This document shows positions 58,448 through 64,000 of a stretch of DNA of 64,000 bases, in pieces (position 1 is the stretch's first letter; each line of letters begins with the position of its first letter). This DNA comes from Macrostomum lignano (Eukaryota). The position numbers and the translations under genes were made by a program. The DNA is taken from NCBI GenBank assembly GCA_002269645.1, contig NIVC01001297.1, positions 97,103 to 161,102 of the forward strand, in the 5' to 3' direction. The notes beneath the pieces were generated by a model. It worked only from the letters and a program-made list of their open reading frames with translations. It did no database searches and was not told where the DNA came from.

Positions 58448-61400
58448 AACCCTGTTGAGTATATATATGCCTTATGAATTCATGAAGCTAGCTAAAAATA
58501 CATCAATAAATGCAAATCAACAAAATGAGGGTAACATTTTATAAGCATATGAGAGATGCTATTTTGTCTATGATAAAATTTGTGGCCACGTCTTTTTTGT
58601 ACTATAAGCTTGTTTTTTTCTTCTTTTATTAGCAACCAATAGTTACAAACATGCACTCAAAACAAGGGTAGCAACATGCAATTAACATATTATAGCATTA
58701 GAAAAAGTGGATAGGCAATTTATCATTATCTATGTAATATACATAGAGCCAAAGCAATAAGTTGTATAATGGTAAGCCTATATTATCAAAAAACTCAACA
58801 AGGTCAACTAGGCCCAATATAATTTTTTGTAAGTCTATAGGCCATCTAAGCTTAAATAGAAAAAGGTAACTTTTTAAAGCAGTATATATTGATCATTTTT
58901 ACATTAAAGTTGATATTTTTTATTTTTGTACACTTTGTCAAAAACATGTCAAATGTCAAAAACAATGCAGAAACAATAGTAAATTGTAAATATAGGTTGA
59001 ATATTTAGTCTTTTTTATTATGCATTAGACCTAGGCTAACTATGACATTGTCAATTTAAGTAGCCCCACCAAGGGCTGTTTTGATATAAGGTACCAATCT
59101 ATAATATTATAGTTTCATTTTCTCATGTCTGCTTAAAGTAGTGCCCAAAGAATTTTAATCAGCTGCGTACATCTGTAAAGCTTGCATTCAGCATGTGATC
59201 GATAATTTCTACTTCTGTTTTTCTAGCTGGCCAATGGAAAAGCTACGCATTAATTATACTAAGTTCTCCTTGCACGCCCACCCTAGCCTACTCTTTATCA
59301 GTTCTGTCTGGCCATGCACTCTGGGTTATTCTTAGATCCTGACTTTGTGTCCCCACCTATAGACCCTTGCCACCTGGCACTCTTGTTTGGTTGCCTTCTC
59401 TTCTTGCCTTATTATGCCACAGCCCTAGGCCACACCTTTGCCATTCTCAGTCATGCCACTTCTACTACCTAAGCTATCTAACTCATTGTTGTATAGCCAC
59501 CAATGCATTCGTTATGAATCCAACTTGTATTTTGACCTGTCTCTGTTGGCAATAAACAATAAACCAAGTCTGCAGCCATTGATCGCATTAACATTAACTG
59601 ATATTGCTATTGCTATTGCCAAGTGCTACTGCTACAAAATTGCCTCTGCAGTATTCATTTGCCTTTGCTGATTATTCTCTAGGCTGCCACTTTATTACAT
59701 TACACTAGTCACTAACCATTTCATTTTTGAATTATCTAATTTTGACCATATTTGATAATGCTTAATAATCTTGAATCAACCAGGATCTATATCCTATTTG
59801 TCTACTAGAAAAGTCATATTCTTTGCCAGAAGTGGTTTAGTCTTGCATACAAAAAATGCTTCTTCAGATAACATGGCATGGGTTCTATTCTAAGCCTATG
59901 GTAATGGCTTACTGTCATATATTCTTTTCATTTTGTTGAAATCAATAATCAACATGCAAGATCTGTGTTATAACTATTTTATTAAATTATTCTTCAAAAC
60001 TACACCATCCAAAAGAAACATTAAACGATAGATCAAATTAGAACCTTTTGTATAGGCCTACCCAACCACTGCAAAACAATTCTGAAAGTGGAAGGATGCA
60101 CTAATTGACTTAACTCGTTTTTTAACTGAGTCAGCTCTGATCCGTCTCTGTAGATAACAAATTGACAAACTTTAAAGCATGCCAATTGGCTAGAAAATGA
60201 AGTGTTCTATCTTCAAAATATATGATAAAAGTGTAAAATGATGAGGTTGTAACATGACATGACAAAGTGTCTAAAAACCATATTTTCTCTGATCCGTCTC
60301 TGTACAGGCGTAAGATTATCACAAAAACGAAGGTTTTTAATAGCTTATAATTTTTCCCTGCTACAAACAAGTATCTGGATTTAAAAACTAAGACTAAAAT
60401 CTACCTTCGACACAATGGCCGATTCTTAATTTAATTGCCGCATCAATTTAGTAAATTGAACATTAAAATTCTACAAAACTCATGACAAATAGCGAGTTCA
60501 GAATTTCTTTTAATAAAAGCAAAGCTTTTTTCTCTTACTTATTATACTTTTCTCTAATACATACTTTCTTTTCTTGTAACATGTACGCTGCTTTTGTTAT
60601 AACTTTTTTGTTTGCTAGTGATTCATAGACCGTCAGACCTTGGGGCCAAAGACTTTAAGCATGAATCAACAACTGAATTAATCCATGGGACCTTCCTTCA
60701 AAAAAGGTCACAAAGATCTCAAAAACCACGCAAACCTTATAAGCATACTAAATGACAGCTGTTTGTGGCTTTAGATTAATTATTTAAGGGTACTGTAACG
60801 ATATTTATACTTTTTAGAACAATTGATTATGGCAATACAAATGCAACTACGTAGAAGTAAATATCAAGGAACGGTGTCATTCTGACCGGCAAGTACCATA
60901 ATAATATCTCGACCTTTTATAGTAGCCCTGGCCTTTGGGTTACCACCAGCTGCTTGGCTGAATTGCTGCATCGAGGACACTATACTGCTGCATGTATAGA
61001 TGTCCTAACTTGCTCCCGTTAACCGGCAAAGTGTGTGTTTGACGGTATGAAACCTACTTACCAAAAAACGACTTATGTACGGATCGTCTACTAATTAATT
61101 ACATGCAAGTCAATGTACATTTTCATTGCTCATCATGTACATGAAGGTTTTTTATAGCTGGCTGTCCACTGCACGACTTATGTACGAGCGCACATGCAAG
61201 AACAACTTAATTGATAAAGAATTAAGTACTTCTTTTATGTCGACCTGTTGCACATTTACATGTAAATAGACGCAATATTTAACAGTCCTAGCTGACGAAG
61301 CCAGATGAAAATTGAAAGCCCATACAGCCAGCTAAATCTTTTTCGATAGACATTTCATGCAAAGTAGGAAATAAATGGCAATTCGAGCATTACACATTTC

Positions 61401-61759
61401 TCATGACAAGATACGCATAAAATAATAGAGATGACTTTAAATACCCAGGAAGCACCAGACCCTGCGATATGTGAGCGTGTGTAATCATACAGTTCGTGTA
61501 TAAGGAATGCGACTGATGCGACAGCAAATTGATAAGATAAAAATATTGGTTTTGTAGATCAAAGAACCTCTGCATGCACAATTATACGTGTAGATAAATT
61601 GATAATCCGATAATCCGATATGACGACTTAGGTAAAGCTAATGGCGAATGATATAGGAGAAGTAAGAATCGACGGAAAATGAAATTAAAAGTAAGCTATC
61701 AAGATAGAGACTCAGTAGGGAATACTAAGACAGCAGGTTCGTCATCAAATTAGGCGCTA

Positions 61760-62029
61760 TTAGTGCCGCTTTGTCTCTAGCAGATTCCGATAAAAGTACA
61801 CGGCTGCGCAGAAGCGCAATTTTGCATCGAGTAGCGCCAAATCTGACTCGCTGTGCAGGCCGGAATTGAGAGCGGCGTCCAGCGTGTCCCTCACCGCCGG
61901 CCAGGGCGCGCCGCGACGCAACTGACAGTCAGCCAGTTGGCACCAGAGTCTGACGGAGTAGGGGCAGCAGCTCAGAGCACGGCGGTACCAGGCCAACAGA
62001 CTGTTGTAGGGCATCCGGTTGGTTACTTC
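61760..62029 (-). CDS. HAT-repeat exon resembling SART3/Prp24
   Basis: WYRRALSCCPYSVRLW...VRDTLDAALNSG resembles SART3 HNRAIRNCPWTVALW...VTFEKALNAG; acceptor GATCAG|GAA, phase 0; runs into TAA with no clear donor. Confidence 0.55.
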   Translation of the reverse strand, partial: EVTNRMPYNSLLAWYRRALSCCPYSVRLWCQLADCQLRRGAPWPAVRDTLDAALNSGLHSESDLALLDAKLRFCAAVYFYRNLLETKRH

Positions 62030-62129
62030 CTGATCGATCGAAATGTTCCAACGACATTTCGTAGTTTACATGTACTGTATTGTCGAGTAAAATTACTCTC
62101 TAGAAGAAGTTTGTAGGCCTTGTCAACCA

Positions 62130-62435
62130 AAGGGTTGGTGGGTCAATCCAACCAAGTAGTAGGCCAACTCAACCGAATGGTGGGTCAATCCAACCAAGTA
62201 GTAGGTCAACTCAACCGAATGGTGGGTCAATCCAACCAAGTAGTAGGTCAACTCAACCGAATAGTGGGTCAACCCAATCGAATAGTGGGTCAACCCAATC
62301 GAATAGTGGGTCAACCCAATCGAATAATGGGTCAACCCAACCGAGTGGTGGGTCAACCCAACTTAGTGGTGGGTCAACCGAACCGAGTGGTGGGTCAACC
62401 CAACCCGTGGTGGGTCAACCCAATCGAGTGGTAGT
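62130..62435. repeat. Minisatellite, 21-bp unit (GTGGGTCAACCCAATCGAATA)
   Basis: Visible tandem units in the putative intron between the SART3-like exons. Confidence 0.88.
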
Positions 62436-62633
62436 CTTTTCGGTGAGAGTATTCGGTCAAACCTAAGGAGTGCTGGGTCCAACCAAAGAGTTATGGGTCA
62501 TTTTAATCGAGTGATGTTCTACCCAAGGTGTTATGTGGCTACGCAGGGAGTGTTTGGGTCAGCCCGGAAGAGTGGTCGGGTCAGCCTGAGGAGAGCTGGA
62601 TCACACATGGGCTTTGAAGCAAGCAGGTCTCAC

Positions 62634-62727
62634 CAGCTGGATGAGCGCGTCAGCCCAGACACCGCTGGGCAGGGAGTGACTCCTGCAGTCATTATCAAGT
62701 TCGAGTTGGTTGCAACTCATGTCTCCA
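62634..62727 (-). CDS. Preceding SART3-like exon (5' boundary 62727 or 62682)
   Basis: SHSLPSGVWADALIQL|GTGAGA joins in phase 0 to EVTNRMPY, continuing the HAT repeat (cf. NCLVPDLWIRYSQYLDRQL). Confidence 0.45.
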
Positions 62728-63246
62728 CTGGCGAATCACAAGATTTCTGCGAGTGTGAAATCATTGATTTGGGAATTTAGTTCAAGAATGTTGCAATGTT
62801 AGCATGAGCGAGATGATTTTATTTGCTTTAAAATCACTATACAGTATACAGGCATTGAACAGTTGAGCTTAGCTAAGTTGAGACTTGCGCCCAGTGAGGA
62901 TTTACCACAGACAAGTCTCGGCAGACGAGTCTGGATCGTGCCCCCCGCTGACTTTGCACTGAATCAATGGGCTTTTGGCCATAGACATTATCTGCGAGCG
63001 GGCTGTCGTGTGTTTCAACCTAGCTTCAACACGCATAGCCCACGGATGAAGGATGAAAGAACATCACAGATTGCTCATCTGTGAAATGTCTATGGCCCAG
63101 AGCCATCCCCAATCTTGGATAGTTAGTCTCCCTCTTCAATTTGATAGGCTGAGTGAGTCTATAAATACTTAAGTCTTCCGCGGAAATCACTTTAGATTTC
63201 CCTCGCGTTTAAGCTGAGGACAATAAAGTTGAAGCGGGTAAAGTAA

Positions 63247-63742
63247 GGGGGCCGTAGCCCAGTGGTCTAGTACGGCGTCTGATGTGCCAGCAGAGGCTCG
63301 ATTCCCAGTGCAGTCCAAATAAACTTAGGGCTAAATTGGAATCTCGACTTGGCTCTGCTCGTGCAGTTAACGCCAACCCATTGAGGGCCAACCCCCAAAG
63401 CACAGTGAAGTGTACATGCCTAATTAATGATAAATAAAGTTAGGGCCGCTGTACACTCCTGTGTGAATGTGTGCTTGTGCGTATGACTGCGTACGTATCC
63501 GCGCGCTTGTGTGCCTGCTTTAACAAACCAGAAATTTCACAAAGTCGAATAGTCTCCTATCTCTCCTGTGTATTTCGAAACTGTGAAGCTTTTGGTTGAT
63601 GAGATTTCGGGTTTGTGAAATTTCAGGTCTGTCAAATTTCGGGTCTGTGAAACGACCCCCAGTAATGCCTCTCGCCGGTTGTGTGACCATGTCGCTTGAA
63701 GTGCGCCAGGGTGCATAGAACCCCCTCTCTCTAAAAAAAAAA
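63247..63742 (+). mobile_element. Full-length tRNA-derived SINE with a ~140-bp internal insertion/replacement
   Basis: A box TAGCCCAGTGG and B box GGCTCGATTCC (63295-63305); body shared with the other copies; poly-A tail; foreign GAAATTTC(A/G)GGTCTGT repeats at ~63520-63655. Confidence 0.85.
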
Positions 63743-64000
63743 TGTGTGCCATGCGTGGTTAATAAGTAAACTAATCTTTAATCTTCGTTAACGAAAAGCT
63801 GCTCTGCCTCCCATTGTAAAAACGGTGGGTACGTTGTCTATAATAAAAAGGTCAAAAAGCACTAGAAAAATTAAATCCTTACCCAGACGAAATTCTTGAA
63901 TCGTCAAGCTACGACGAAATTTAAAATCGAAGGCGCAATTCTATCTTAATAACTGGTGGGTGCAAACTGTTGATAAGCTGCAGGGACTGACGAACTGTAG

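Noticed and set aside
62890-63060. Possible further SART3-like exon
   Set aside because: Plausible splice signals, but no frame gave convincing similarity
63247-63320. tRNA gene
   Set aside because: Has A/B boxes but no complete cloverleaf, and continues into the repeated SINE body

Overview
This is animal genomic DNA: spliced GC-rich exons sit in AT-rich, minisatellite-filled introns, in the standard genetic code. That style resembles the flatworm Macrostomum, but the species is an inference. Host genes on the minus strand are a SART3/HAT-repeat-like fragment (~61.8-62.7 kb), ABHD17 (3 exons), the mitochondrial CoA carrier SLC25A42 (2 exons), GALT (4 exons, with a 23-kb first intron) and a RING-finger exon at the left edge. 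On the plus strand is a 3-exon secreted prohormone-like gene with ten KR-flanked AAL(A/S)DF-type peptides. The centrepiece is an apparently intact 15,960-bp Polinton/Maverick virus-like element (18731-34690) inside GALT intron 1, with AGTAGT termini, ~155-bp TIRs and a perfect 6-bp TSD (CATGCG). It carries the core set: integrase, minor and major capsid, adenain protease, packaging ATPase and pPolB. It also encodes a clear TATA-binding-protein (TBP) homolog, a tandem PC4-like protein, and a Cys/His-rich LxCxE-containing ORF; the last two each lie behind a TATA box inside one end. Together these look like a self-encoded transcription-control module. The window also holds a deleted Gypsy LTR element, a tRNA-derived SINE family, hAT-type MITEs and about 20 tandem-repeat arrays. 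All protein identifications are by-eye motif recognition; no database searches were run.
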